Part shown: positions 18,700-28,941 of the stretch, piece by piece
Position numbering within the stretch: position 1 is the stretch's first letter
How the letters are laid out: each line of letters opens with the position of its first letter
NCBI GenBank assembly: GCA_027858345.1
Contig: JAQICX010000242.1
Span: 2,787 to 66,786, forward strand
From: Kiritimatiellia bacterium
GTDB lineage: Bacteria > Verrucomicrobiota > Kiritimatiellia > JAQICX01
Reading direction: 5' to 3'
DNA: 64,000 bases
Position numbers and translations under genes: made by a program
Notes under the pieces: generated by a model
Database searches by the model: none
Seen by the model: the letters and a program-made list of their open reading frames with translations, nothing else
What the model was told of the DNA's origin: nothing

Positions 18700-21600
18700 T
18701 TATATTTTTCTGAGGATATCATTAACTTTCTTTGTGAATTTCACAAGAGAGAATGGTTTTTCCAAGAAATGAAACCCTTTTTTGTTTAGAGATGACTTCT
18801 TAATTCTCTCTTCTGAATAGCCACTGCATAATAATATTGGTAGGTTCGGTTTTTGTTTTGCAACGATTTCAGCTAAATCCGGTCCAGAACGACCTGGAAG
18901 AATAACATCGCTTATTAACAAATCAAAATCACCTTTGTTTTCCTTGAAAATTTCTTCTGCTAATTCGGCATCATGGGCAGTTTTAACTCTGTAACCAGCG
19001 TTCTCAAGAGCCGTGGTCATTAATGATAGTATTGATGGGTCATCTTCCACAACTAGAATATGTTCGCCGTTACCAATCTTGTTGACTTCTTTGCTGGTGC
19101 CTTCGACCGTCATACTTTGCACTTTCTTCTCACATGCTGGAATATAAATTTTAAATGTTGTCCCCTTATCAACTTCACTATAAGTGTTTATCCAGCCATT
19201 ATATCTTTGAATTGTAGCATATGTTGAAGCTAATCCAAGTCCAGTTCCTTTAGAACGCCCCTTTGTTGTGAAAAATGGTTCAAAGATATGAGTAATTATT
19301 TCATCTTTCATACCTGTGCCTGTGTCAGTGATTGACATGCATACATAGCTTCCTGCGTGTATTGTTGGGTTGGCTAAAGCATCCCCTGTTGTAAATTCAA
19401 CATTATGTGTCGCAATGTTGATCACTCCACCATTTGGCATGGCATCGCGAGCATTAATAGCCATGTTGATAATTATTCGATCAATTTGCTGCTTGTCTGC
19501 TTTAACAACATATAGTCCTGGGTCGAGTGTTGTGTTTATCTTAATATTCTCGCCAACAGCACTCTTAATAATTTTTTCTGTACCTTTGACAGTTGCGTTT
19601 ATATCAATGTCTGATGTATGCACTTTTTCATCACGGCTGAAAAGTAGAAGTTGTTTTGTCAAATCAAAAGCATGTCCGGCTGCCTTTTGAATTTCATCTA
19701 AACTGCTTTTTGCAACTTCGTCATGATCAATCTCAATCATTAGCAGTTCGCTGAACCCAATAATAACCTGCATGATGTTGTTGAAGTCATGTGCAATTCC
19801 TCCCGCAAGCTGTCCAACTGCTTCCATTTTTTCGGCATGTTGAATTTTTGTTTCATATGCAATCTCATCGGTGATATCACGTTTGATGGCAACAAAATTG
19901 GTTATATACATGTTGGAATCAAGTACTGGAGATATTGTTGCCCACTCTGTATATAGTTCGCCATTTTTACGCTTGTTTATTAAACGACCTTCCCAAGTCT
20001 TTTTGGAGGTGATTACATTCCACATGTTTTCATAGAATTCAGCATCATGTTTGTCACTCTTTAGTACTCTTGGATTTTCTCCAATAGCTTCTTGTTTACT
20101 ATAACCGGTTATTTTTTCAAATGCAGGGTTTACATATTCAATTGTACCTTCACTATCAGTGATAACAACGGTATCCGAAAATTGTTCAATAGCTGCAGAA
20201 AGTCTGCGAAGTTCTTTAGTTCTATTGTTTTCATCTGCAATAAAACGAGCTTGCTGTATGTTTTGAAGTGCTGATGAGGACAGTTGTTTTGTCAGGTCGC
20301 AAAGTGCTTTGTTTATTTTGTGAAGTTGATTTTCGCTTATTACAGGCACTTTTTTGAATTCCTTGAGGAAAGACTCTTCATCAATACCAATGTTTCTCGC
20401 TTTACATAGCATTTGCTCTTCTGTCTGTGCATCATTTCTAATCTGTCCAAATAGCCAGGAAGCAATATGTTTATCTCCTGCATAGATATTTGCACTTAGT
20501 TCCCACAATCCTGTTTTGGGACATATGTAGATGTAAGAATCGTCAGTAAATTCCTCGGGTTGTATTTGAGAAAAATTTATTTTATAGCTCTCAACCAAAC
20601 TTAGTGACTGATGTTCTAGTATCATGGTGCATAGATATGGATAATTACTTGGTTTAGTTATTGGTGTTCCATCTGGTGAAACAATTATTGATGCCAAGTT
20701 CATTGCAGCTGCAAAATTATCCTGTGTTTTCTGTATGTCGGCTATGTTGAACAACTCTTCAAATGTTATGTTATTGATATCTTCTTTTGGACTGGTTAGG
20801 GTTAATATACGATTTTCAATTGTCTGCTGCAGTTCTTTTTGCGTTGTTATGTCGCGAATTATAGAGCATATCAATTGAGAATCTTCAAAATCAAGAAAGT
20901 TTTTGGTAACTTCAGTAGGGAATGTTGTTCCGTCTTTTTTACAGTGAATTCTCTCTAATTTAACATACTTTTTCGTTTTGAGTTCATTCCATATACTATC
21001 CCAGTTTTCATAGTTATTTTCATTGTCTAAATCATAGATATGCATAGAAAGTAGTTCTTGTTTGCTATATCCATATAACTCAGAGACAATATCGTTCACA
21101 TAGACAATTTGTCCTTCAATGTTGCTCCAAATCACAACATCTGCCAGGTTATCAACAGCAAATTGTGTCTGTTTAAGCTGTTTCTCAAGTTGTTTCTGTC
21201 CTGTGATATCACTGAATGTAACCGCAAAGTGATTTGGTGCGGTGCGGAATGCTCTAACTGAATAGTATCTCTTAAGTTCACTTGAGTAGTTGTCGTAAAG
21301 AATTGTTCTGCCCGTGTTTACAACTTTTTCAAATGCTTCAATCCAGTAGTCTTCTGTTCCAGGTAATGCTTCTTTTACCGTTTTTCCAATTAGGCTATCT
21401 GCTTTTAAACCTGTTAAATCCTCAAAAGCTGGATTAACTTGAAGATATCGATAATCCACCGCTTTTCCATTCTCATCATAAATCATTTCGTGCAGAGCAA
21501 ATCCCACAGGAACATTTTCGAAAAGAGTTCGGTATCTTTCTTCACTGTCGGTCAGCAATTTATTTGCATTACGTTCAGCGGTCTGGTCTCCGAATGCCAT

Positions 21601-22128
21601 CACCACCCCGATTGTTTTGCCTTTTTCATCACAGATTGGTGCAGCACTGTCGGCGATAGGTGTTTCTGTTCCATCCTTTGCAATCAAAACCGTGTGATTA
21701 GCTAAGCCAATTATTTTGCCATTTTTCAGAACTTCCGTTACAGGAATCTTGGCAGGTTTTCTTGTGTGCTCATTAATTATCTTAAAAACTTCATCAATTG
21801 GTTTTCCGGCAGCTTCTTTTATGGTCCATCCTGTAAGCTGTTCGGCAATAGGATTCATTAATGTTATTTTGCCATCCACATCGGTTGCAATGACTGCATC
21901 GCCAATAGATTGAAGGATAATATGAAACTGTTCTTCTTTTTCATGAAGATTATGCTCATATCTATAGTTGTCATCTGTAGAATGTTTTGAACCTTGAGAC
22001 GACTGCTGGATATCTTTTAGCTTCTGAGTTGCAGCAGCCTCTGAATCCGTTAACGCTTTCAAGTATTTTTCAAGCTCGTCCTTATCTTCTGTAGATAATT
22101 TTTTTAAAATGTTTTGTATTTCTTCCAT
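18700..22128 (-). CDS. multi-PAS hybrid sensor histidine kinase with C-terminal receiver domain
   Basis: H-box HDFNNIMQVIIGFSELL, G-box GTGLGLASTY, and receiver ILVVEDDPSILSL...DLLISDVILPG. Several PAS/PAC repeats upstream. Confidence 0.85.
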   Translation of the reverse strand: MEEIQNILKKLSTEDKDELEKYLKALTDSEAAATQKLKDIQQSSQGSKHSTDDNYRYEHNLHEKEEQFHIILQSIGDAVIATDVDGKITLMNPIAEQLTGWTIKEAAGKPIDEVFKIINEHTRKPAKIPVTEVLKNGKIIGLANHTVLIAKDGTETPIADSAAPICDEKGKTIGVVMAFGDQTAERNANKLLTDSEERYRTLFENVPVGFALHEMIYDENGKAVDYRYLQVNPAFEDLTGLKADSLIGKTVKEALPGTEDYWIEAFEKVVNTGRTILYDNYSSELKRYYSVRAFRTAPNHFAVTFSDITGQKQLEKQLKQTQFAVDNLADVVIWSNIEGQIVYVNDIVSELYGYSKQELLSMHIYDLDNENNYENWDSIWNELKTKKYVKLERIHCKKDGTTFPTEVTKNFLDFEDSQLICSIIRDITTQKELQQTIENRILTLTSPKEDINNITFEELFNIADIQKTQDNFAAAMNLASIIVSPDGTPITKPSNYPYLCTMILEHQSLSLVESYKINFSQIQPEEFTDDSYIYICPKTGLWELSANIYAGDKHIASWLFGQIRNDAQTEEQMLCKARNIGIDEESFLKEFKKVPVISENQLHKINKALCDLTKQLSSSALQNIQQARFIADENNRTKELRRLSAAIEQFSDTVVITDSEGTIEYVNPAFEKITGYSKQEAIGENPRVLKSDKHDAEFYENMWNVITSKKTWEGRLINKRKNGELYTEWATISPVLDSNMYITNFVAIKRDITDEIAYETKIQHAEKMEAVGQLAGGIAHDFNNIMQVIIGFSELLMIEIDHDEVAKSSLDEIQKAAGHAFDLTKQLLLFSRDEKVHTSDIDINATVKGTEKIIKSAVGENIKINTTLDPGLYVVKADKQQIDRIIINMAINARDAMPNGGVINIATHNVEFTTGDALANPTIHAGSYVCMSITDTGTGMKDEIITHIFEPFFTTKGRSKGTGLGLASTYATIQRYNGWINTYSEVDKGTTFKIYIPACEKKVQSMTVEGTSKEVNKIGNGEHILVVEDDPSILSLMTTALENAGYRVKTAHDAELAEEIFKENKGDFDLLISDVILPGRSGPDLAEIVAKQKPNLPILLCSGYSEERIKKSSLNKKGFHFLEKPFSLVKFTKKVNDILRKI

Positions 22129-22275
22129 TTTAGATAACAGATCCTATTTATGTAAAATTCTAAAAAGATGTACTAATTCTACAATATTGAAGTCAATAAT
22201 AATAAGTAATAGCTTTTAAGTATATTCTAATAGTATTAAAATGTCAAATTATAATGATATATATTCATCTTTTTT

Positions 22276-22445
22276 CTTGATTTTTCGGTTGAGTACCCCT
22301 CAGTCATGCACGCATGACAGCTCCCCTAAAAGAGGGAGCAGTTGTAAAACTTGCAATTCAAACGGTTTGCACAACAACTCACCCACTCCTCCCCTTGAAG
22401 GGGAGGTGCCGAAGGCGGAGGGGTCGTATTGGGCATAATTTATTG
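22276..22445. repeat. MITE-like GC-rich element (gtcatgcacgcatgacagctcccc...gggagcag and cctcccc-ttgaa-ggggagg modules)
   Basis: Left TIR cttgatttttcggttgag. Module homologues at 31968-32015 and 47930-47985. Confidence 0.55.
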
Positions 22446-22540
22446 AATATTAAGCTTTTACACATATTCTTCATATTTATCACCCGTTGTGTGATCCACG
22501 CCTTGCGGGACAAGATAAATCTATAAAAAATATTTAAAAG

Positions 22541-22745
22541 GCGGGGTGATCACTCTTCGCCCAGCTATTAACGATATAATAAATCTTGTTAGTAGCTGGG
22601 CTACGCCTAACACAGAGCACCTTGAAGGAAAACCCTACAAAACACCTGCGAATCAATCTTTTAGCTTTGATTTCAGCATCCGCAACTGTAGGGTCGGGGT
22701 CCGTGACCCCGCCGAAAAGGGCATTCAACCGAAAAATTGAAAGGG
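22541..22745. repeat. inverted copy of the 18501-18660 BIME-type MITE (first REP degraded)
   Basis: About 90% identical to the reverse complement of 18501-18600. Ends tcaaccgaaaaattgaaagg. Confidence 0.6.
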
Positions 22746-22839
22746 AAACTCAAATGTGGCTATTTAAGTATTTACTTTAAGGGTGAAATATGAAACAATT
22801 TGTGCTACCTTTTGTAAATAAAATTTATTAGGAAAAACT

Positions 22840-23745
22840 ATGAATCAATATGTCAAGGGCTACATATCTCTACTTTGCGGAATATTTTTGTTTAGTACGA
22901 TTGAAGTGGCAAGCAAGAAAATAGGTGGAGGAATAGATCCAACACTACTTACATTTATAAGATTTTTTATTACAGGTGTTGTCCTTCTTATAGCATCTAT
23001 ACCTATTTTAAAAAAACGGGAACGACCATTAAACAAGAAAGATTATGGAATTTTTATTCTTAATGGTTTTGTTGGAATCGCAGTAGCTATTTCTCTTTTT
23101 CATTACGCAATTAACACATTTGATAATGCGTCATCGGCTGCTGTTGTTTTTTGCGCCAACCCCATTTTTGTTGTTTTGTTTGCACCCTTAATTAACAAAA
23201 CAAAATTTGCCATATCTTCGATTTTAGTTGTTTTGGTTGGTTTGCTAGGTATATCATTTTTTGTAATGGAAGGAGGAGCATTTCAGCAGTCTTCTTTAAT
23301 AGCAACACTCATAATGTTGGCATCAGCAGCTCTTTTTGGTGTGAGTGTTTGTATTACTAAAAAGTTTGTTAGCAACTATGGTGCAATGGTTTTTATGGGA
23401 TTTTCAGCTCTCTTTGCATCAATGTTTTTGTTGCCGATTGTTTTTATTGTTGGTCCAGTAGAGAGTTGGCAATCCTTTAGTGTCAGCTGGGTTCCAATAA
23501 TTTATGTTACTCTTATGGGTACAACCGCCGCATATTTTCTTTATTATTATGGTTTGAGTCATGCATCTTTAGTCAGTGGAGCAATGACGTTTTTCCTAAA
23601 GCCGATTATTGCCACAATCTTGGCTCTAATCTTTTTACCAAATGAAATTATAAATATATACACAATTATTGGTACATTGTTTATACTGACAGCAGTTGGT
23701 ATTGATATGTGTATGAAATTTAAACATGTAAAACAAGTGAAATGA
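22840..23745 (+). CDS. EamA/DMT-family transporter
   Basis: Ten predicted TM helices in two duplicated EamA halves. Confidence 0.7.
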   Translation: MNQYVKGYISLLCGIFLFSTIEVASKKIGGGIDPTLLTFIRFFITGVVLLIASIPILKKRERPLNKKDYGIFILNGFVGIAVAISLFHYAINTFDNASSAAVVFCANPIFVVLFAPLINKTKFAISSILVVLVGLLGISFFVMEGGAFQQSSLIATLIMLASAALFGVSVCITKKFVSNYGAMVFMGFSALFASMFLLPIVFIVGPVESWQSFSVSWVPIIYVTLMGTTAAYFLYYYGLSHASLVSGAMTFFLKPIIATILALIFLPNEIINIYTIIGTLFILTAVGIDMCMKFKHVKQVK

Positions 23746-23752
23746 GGCAATC

Positions 23753-24430
23753 ATGGCATTAAATATTGTAGAAAAAATTGATAAATCTGTTAAAATAAAT
23801 CATGTCTTGGCAAGCGTATCTGACAAAACCGGATTAGAAAATCTAATTCCAAAATTGGTGGAATTGAATCCCGATGTTAAAATTTATTCAACAGGTGGAA
23901 CATATTCAAGAATTCAGGAAATACTGGGTGAAAAAGCTGATAAAAATCTCGTTGCCGTATCTGACTTTACAGGTCAACCGGAAATGCAGGGTGGTCTTGT
24001 TAAAACATTGGATTTCAAAATATATCTTGGACTTCTTAGTGAAACATATAACCCTGCTCATGTTGAAGATTTGCAACGTCTTGACGCTGTTGCGATCGAT
24101 ATGGTTATTGTTAACCTATATCCATTCAAAGAAACTATTGCACAAGAAGGTGTAACACCTGAAATGGCAAGAACAAACATTGATATTGGTGGACCATGCA
24201 TGGTCAGAGCTTCTGCTAAAAACTACTTGCGTGTTGCATCTGTCACAGATCCACTAGATTACCAGTCAATTCTTGATGAACTAAGTGCTAACAATTGTGA
24301 GATATCACTCGCAAAGCGTTTTGAACTTTCAAAGAAAGCATTCAAACATACAGCAGAGTATGACACAGCCATTGCAAAATATTTTGCAGGCGTTGATATT
24401 AGTGAAATAGAAAATTGCTACAAACTCTAG
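23753..24430 (+). CDS. standalone PurH N-terminal (MGS-like / IMP cyclohydrolase-like) domain protein, divergent
   Basis: LASVSDKTGL, STGGT and VSDFTGQPEMQGGLVKTL, then VIVNLYPF and NIDIGGPCMVRASAKNY, match the IMPCH domain. The KTLHPKVHGG box is degenerate (KTLDFKIYLG). No AICARFT domain follows. Confidence 0.55.
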   Translation: MALNIVEKIDKSVKINHVLASVSDKTGLENLIPKLVELNPDVKIYSTGGTYSRIQEILGEKADKNLVAVSDFTGQPEMQGGLVKTLDFKIYLGLLSETYNPAHVEDLQRLDAVAIDMVIVNLYPFKETIAQEGVTPEMARTNIDIGGPCMVRASAKNYLRVASVTDPLDYQSILDELSANNCEISLAKRFELSKKAFKHTAEYDTAIAKYFAGVDISEIENCYKL

Positions 24431-24443
24431 AGCTTATACTATT

Positions 24444-25331
24444 ATGAAAAAGCCCATTCACATAATTATTTCAACACATACAACAAGGCACCTGGAAACG
24501 GTATTGGCATCAGTTGCAAATCAAACTGTGTTTCCAGCATCCGTTTCGGTTTCCTGTGATGTTGATAACCCTGAGATTAAGGCTATTGTTCAAAAAATTG
24601 CGGATAAGTATCAAAAAGAGTTTTTTTATACTGCCCGCGAAAGCCATGGTGTTATGCGACTGTCTCAAGTGCGTAACAATGCTGTGCGCACTCTAGAAAA
24701 ATTTGGAATCAATGACGGATTGCTTCTCTTTTTTGATGGCGATATTTTTCTTTTACCTAACGTTATTGAACTGTATGAGACTCTAAGTGATAAGCCAAAT
24801 CTTTTTCATGGTAATAGAATTCCGCTTACAGAAGATGAAACAGCATATCTAAAACGTATGAAAGAAGCAACACGATATTTCCCAATATCTCAAAACGATA
24901 AAAGATTTGAAAAACTCACACAAGTTGAAAAAAAATTAAAAAAACACAATCTTTTAAGAAAATTTGGTTTGATCAAAAGTGGCAAGCCCACAATTCTTGG
25001 TGCACATTTTGGTTTCTCTTATGATTTATATAAATCAATTAATGGAAGCGATGAAGAGTATGAAGGGTATGGTTGTGAAGATGATGATCTGGCTAGACGA
25101 GCTCTTAAAAAGTCTGCTATTTCCTGTATTATCTCATCAGATATTTTAGTATATCATCTGTACCATGAAAGTAAGGCTACTGCACAGTGGAAAGATAATC
25201 CGGGGGTTAAAAGATTCCTTAATGAAAAATGGCAACCATACTGCAAACACGGACTGGATAATCCTCTCCCTCAACATGAACTTAAACAACTGAAAATAAA
25301 ACCAAATAGTGCTGGCGAAGCCAGCAGGTAA
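24444..25331 (+). CDS. family 2 glycosyltransferase with GT7-type C-terminal motif
   Basis: DXD-like FFDGD and EYEGYGCEDDDLARR (a beta-4-GalT-like WGxEDDD motif). Confidence 0.6.
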   Translation: MKKPIHIIISTHTTRHLETVLASVANQTVFPASVSVSCDVDNPEIKAIVQKIADKYQKEFFYTARESHGVMRLSQVRNNAVRTLEKFGINDGLLLFFDGDIFLLPNVIELYETLSDKPNLFHGNRIPLTEDETAYLKRMKEATRYFPISQNDKRFEKLTQVEKKLKKHNLLRKFGLIKSGKPTILGAHFGFSYDLYKSINGSDEEYEGYGCEDDDLARRALKKSAISCIISSDILVYHLYHESKATAQWKDNPGVKRFLNEKWQPYCKHGLDNPLPQHELKQLKIKPNSAGEASR

Positions 25332-25960
25332 AGATAAAGATAAAGATTAAGGTTGAGATGCTGGCTGTTTGCCAGCGGAATTAAGGAAATCATATCTTGA
25401 CTTTCTTCGAGGTCTGCTGACCGCGGCTACAGCTGTTCTTCCGCAAATCAAGCTTATCTTTTTGCACCATTCTGTAGGGTCGGGGTCCTTGACCCCGCCA
25501 AATCGTCGGTCATCGCCCGCCGCTATCCGCCTTCGTTCCTACGGCGCGACAGGCAGGTGTTGAGCCTGAAAACCAGCCTTAGTCCGCAAAAGCTCCTCCC
25601 TCTTTTAGGGGAGGTGGCGATCCCGCTACCACTTTGCATTTTTTAAGCAAAGTGGCGGCGGGAGAGACGGAGGGGTGTTCATTCAAAATGGAAGTTGGAC
25701 GTTCTATGTTCTCAACTATAATAAATACCGCCGGCCTGTCACGCCGTAGTCCGCCAAAGCTCCTCCCCGGCTAGCTTTGCTAGTCCCGCTCTGCGGGAGG
25801 AGGTGTCCGAGGAACGAGGACGGAGGGGGTCTTCATTTAATATTGGATGTTGAACGTTATATTCTTGTCTTTTTGCATCAAACTGTAGCTGACCTCCGCA
25901 GAGGTCGGAAAGCTGGCAACGCCAGCCCTCAACCTCAACCTTAATCTTAACTTTTCTGCG
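25323..25960. repeat. composite repeat region with inverted termini (aagataaagattaaggttgagatgctggc ... gccagccctcaacctcaaccttaatctt), containing a GTAG-REP (25482-25509), the gctaccactttg...caaagtgg hairpin and three gacggaggggt modules
   Basis: Read directly from the sequence. Module homologues at 3530-3660, 26470-26590 and 33824-33871. Confidence 0.5.
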
Positions 25961-26411
25961 GAACAACGAGCACAGGACAATGAGCTCTGCGTATTATATG
26001 TTTGATTGCATCGCCAAGAAAAGAACCTTGAAACTTTGATCGTGTTGCTTTTCCAATAATCAACATGTCCATATTGTTTTCTTCTGCAAATTCAATAATG
26101 GACATATAATCCCTGCCAATCTTAACGTTTACATTAAGTGTAAGGTCTGCTGGTAACTTTGATGTATAGCTCTTTTTGATTTTTTCGTCAACATCATGTT
26201 TAGCTTTCAGATCAACATTGTCATCAAGTTCATAGATGTAAGTTTTCCAGTATTGAGCATCCGGCTCTGGGATTGTATGAAGAAGATGTATGGTTCTTAA
26301 ATTAAATGCTTTGGCAATTGATATCGCCACATCAAATGCATTGTTTGCGTCCTCAGCAAAATCCGTGCAGAACAAAATCTTTTGAATATCTGTATTAAAC
26401 TCTGTCTTCAT
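25947..26411 (-). CDS. universal stress protein (UspA family)
   Basis: 154 aa. ATP-binding-type G-x2-G-x9-G-S C-terminal motif (GKATRSKFQGSFLGDAIKHIIRRAHCPVLVV). Confidence 0.7.
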   Translation of the reverse strand: MKTEFNTDIQKILFCTDFAEDANNAFDVAISIAKAFNLRTIHLLHTIPEPDAQYWKTYIYELDDNVDLKAKHDVDEKIKKSYTSKLPADLTLNVNVKIGRDYMSIIEFAEENNMDMLIIGKATRSKFQGSFLGDAIKHIIRRAHCPVLVVPQKS

Positions 26412-26464
26412 TTTTTTTCCTTATTGTTTTTCTACGAAAAGTGTACAGTTTACATTTTTTCTCA

Positions 26465-26660
26465 AACCAACCCAGTCCGCCAAAGCTCCTCCCCGGCTAG
26501 TTTTGCTAGTCCCGCTCTGCGGGAGGAGGTGGCTCGCGAAGCGAGACGGAGGGGTGAATTTCCTTCATCATTGGATATTGTCGTTACGCTACGCTTCACT
26601 GCTGTCGACAGGCTCCACCCCTGCCTTCGGCGGTTCGTGTTGGATATTGGATATTCACCC
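26465..26660. repeat. GC-rich repeat (ctcctccccggctag-ttttgctagtcccgctctgcgggaggag palindrome; gacggaggggtg module)
   Basis: Near-identical to 25750-25830. Shares a block with 49085-49140 and 54515-54575. Confidence 0.55.
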
Positions 26661-26714
26661 TAGTTCTCCTTGCCCTGTCTAACTCTCTAACTCACTAACT
26701 ATCTAACCATCTAA

Positions 26715-28022
26715 CTATTTAACAATCCCCGGCAGCCATGTTGCAATTTGTGGGAACAGCATTAATATTGCAGCAGCAATAATAAGCATTAAAAGAAATG
26801 GCATTGAACCTTTAAATACAGTCTGCAATGATATATCTCTTTCAATACCACTCACAACATATGCATTAACACCAACTGGTGGAGTAATAACCCCCATTTG
26901 TGTAACAAGCACAACCATAACTCCAAACCAAATCATGTCATAGCCCAAACCAGGTATAACATTTTCAAAGATTGGAATTGTCAGCAGTATAAGCGCAAGT
27001 GCGTCAATAAAACAACCTGCAATCAAAAAGAATAAAATTATGCCTGTCATAATACACCAGCTAGGCAGAGTCAGTTGTACAAGCCAATCAGCCATCGAAG
27101 TTGTAACCTCACTGGTTGCAAGAAACCTTGACAGCACACCTGCACCAGCAACAATTGTTAAAACCATACAGGATGTTCGTATTGTCTCAGCAACAGCTTT
27201 TTTAAATGATTTAAACGAGAGTTGTTTTCTAGATAGTGCAATTACTATACTACCAGCGGCTCCAATACCTGCAGCGCTGGTTGGCGAAAAGAAGCCCATG
27301 AACATTCCGCCAAGCACAATAAAAAAAAGTATTAACGTTTCAGTAATATCTTTTAACGATATTAAACGCTGTTTCCATGAAGATTTTTCACATGCAGGTC
27401 CAAGTTCAGGATTTCTCTTGCAGTTAATGAAAATTGATAGACAAAATAGAATTGCAATCATTACGCCAGGGATAATCCCTGCAATAAAAAGCTTGCCGAT
27501 AGATTCTTGAGTCATGATGCCATAGACAATGAAAACAACACTTGGAGGAATTAACATGCCAATACTACCGCCCGCTGCTACAGCTCCACTCGCCAACTCC
27601 ATGCTGTATTTGTAGCGTTTCATTTCAGGTATGGCAACCGATGCCATTGTGGCAGCTGTTGCAGGACCGCTACCGCAGATTGCTCCAAAAATTGTACATG
27701 CTCCAACAGTTGCCATTGCCATTCCACCATGAAGATGGCCAAGCCAACGATACGCCGAATTAAAAAGTCGTTTACTTATACCCGCATGAAAAGATATTTG
27801 TCCCATTAATACAAATAGGGGAATAACAATGAAACTTGGATTTGAGAACGTATCATAAAATTCATTCACACCCATGTATAGAGCACTCTGAAGATTACCG
27901 TTAATAACAGCCATGCCGATGGTGCCGACAATTGCCATAGCAAAGCCAACCGGCATACTGCTGGCAAGTAATACAAGCAATAGAACACATCCAATCACAC
28001 CTGTTAAAACTTCTGGACTCAT
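26715..28022 (-). CDS. dctM: TRAP transporter large permease
   Basis: 435 aa, about 12 TM helices, typical DctM sequence. Overlaps dctQ by 4 nt. Confidence 0.8.
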   Translation of the reverse strand: MSPEVLTGVIGCVLLLVLLASSMPVGFAMAIVGTIGMAVINGNLQSALYMGVNEFYDTFSNPSFIVIPLFVLMGQISFHAGISKRLFNSAYRWLGHLHGGMAMATVGACTIFGAICGSGPATAATMASVAIPEMKRYKYSMELASGAVAAGGSIGMLIPPSVVFIVYGIMTQESIGKLFIAGIIPGVMIAILFCLSIFINCKRNPELGPACEKSSWKQRLISLKDITETLILFFIVLGGMFMGFFSPTSAAGIGAAGSIVIALSRKQLSFKSFKKAVAETIRTSCMVLTIVAGAGVLSRFLATSEVTTSMADWLVQLTLPSWCIMTGIILFFLIAGCFIDALALILLTIPIFENVIPGLGYDMIWFGVMVVLVTQMGVITPPVGVNAYVVSGIERDISLQTVFKGSMPFLLMLIIAAAILMLFPQIATWLPGIVK

Positions 28023-28528
28023 AGCTTAATCAATTCCTTTCTTGGAGGAAGAAGATTATGCAGTATCGTCAGAGCCGTAAGCCCTGTTGATATGCCGACT
28101 ATGTAATAAAGCCAGAAAATTGGTATGTTGCCTGAAAACAGTGTGGAAAAACATTGATGGGTGGCAAAAGCCTTTGTCCCTTTTACAAAAGACCAGTAAG
28201 ATAGAATAAAGAAAAACACTATGGTTGTGGATCTTGTCAAAGTATCAACAATAAGTCGTCCTGTTCTCCACAACTTCTGAAAAAAGTACTCAATTGCAAT
28301 ATGCCCCTTACATGCCGTCACATAGGGTAGGGCAAAAGACATCGAAATACATCCCAATATTTTAATGATATCATTCAGACCTGCAATAGGTTTGTTGAAT
28401 GCTTTGTCAACCAAAACATCATAGCACATCACTACCACTATCAAGACCAGTGCAATACCGGAAATCACAGCCAGACATTCAATTGTTCTCTTTAATATCT
28501 TTGTATAGATATCTATTATTCTATTCAC
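28019..28528 (-). CDS. dctQ: TRAP transporter small permease
   Basis: 169 aa with 4 TM helices, immediately upstream of and overlapping dctM. Confidence 0.6.
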   Translation of the reverse strand: MNRIIDIYTKILKRTIECLAVISGIALVLIVVVMCYDVLVDKAFNKPIAGLNDIIKILGCISMSFALPYVTACKGHIAIEYFFQKLWRTGRLIVDTLTRSTTIVFFFILSYWSFVKGTKAFATHQCFSTLFSGNIPIFWLYYIVGISTGLTALTILHNLLPPRKELIKL

Positions 28529-28602
28529 TTAGTCTCCCCCAAAATTTTGCCCATCATACCATTTCCAACCACCACCCCGCAAGCTAAAAGAAAACAAATG
28601 AA

Positions 28603-28830
28603 GCTTTCTTGATTTTTCGGTTGAGTCATTGCATGACGGCATATCCATCGGTCAACGACCGACGCTACAGGTGTTAAGTTTCGCAATCAACCGTTAAACT
28701 GCACGTTTCATACTGTAGCGGCGGTCGCTGACCGCCGAAAAATATTTTTCACTTTATCACCCACCGTGTCCTGCATAGCTTGCTGTGCCCTGCGTAGCTG
28801 CAAGCGAAGAATGGTAGAGCGATGCATGGA
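28603..28830. repeat. MITE-like element with two inverted GTAG-REP family B units (cggtcaacgaccgacgctacagg / ctgtagcggcggtcgctgaccgccg) and a gtcctgcatagc module
   Basis: Left TIR cttgatttttcggttgag. The REPs are inverted relative to each other (BIME-like). Confidence 0.6.
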
Positions 28831-28941
28831 ATGTGTTATAAAACGATACTTGTTTTGCTAATTCTATTAGCTCAAACGCATATTATCCACTCCAAACGAA
28901 AACCAAGGTCCGTTTACGACTATTATTTATCAATTGTTTCA

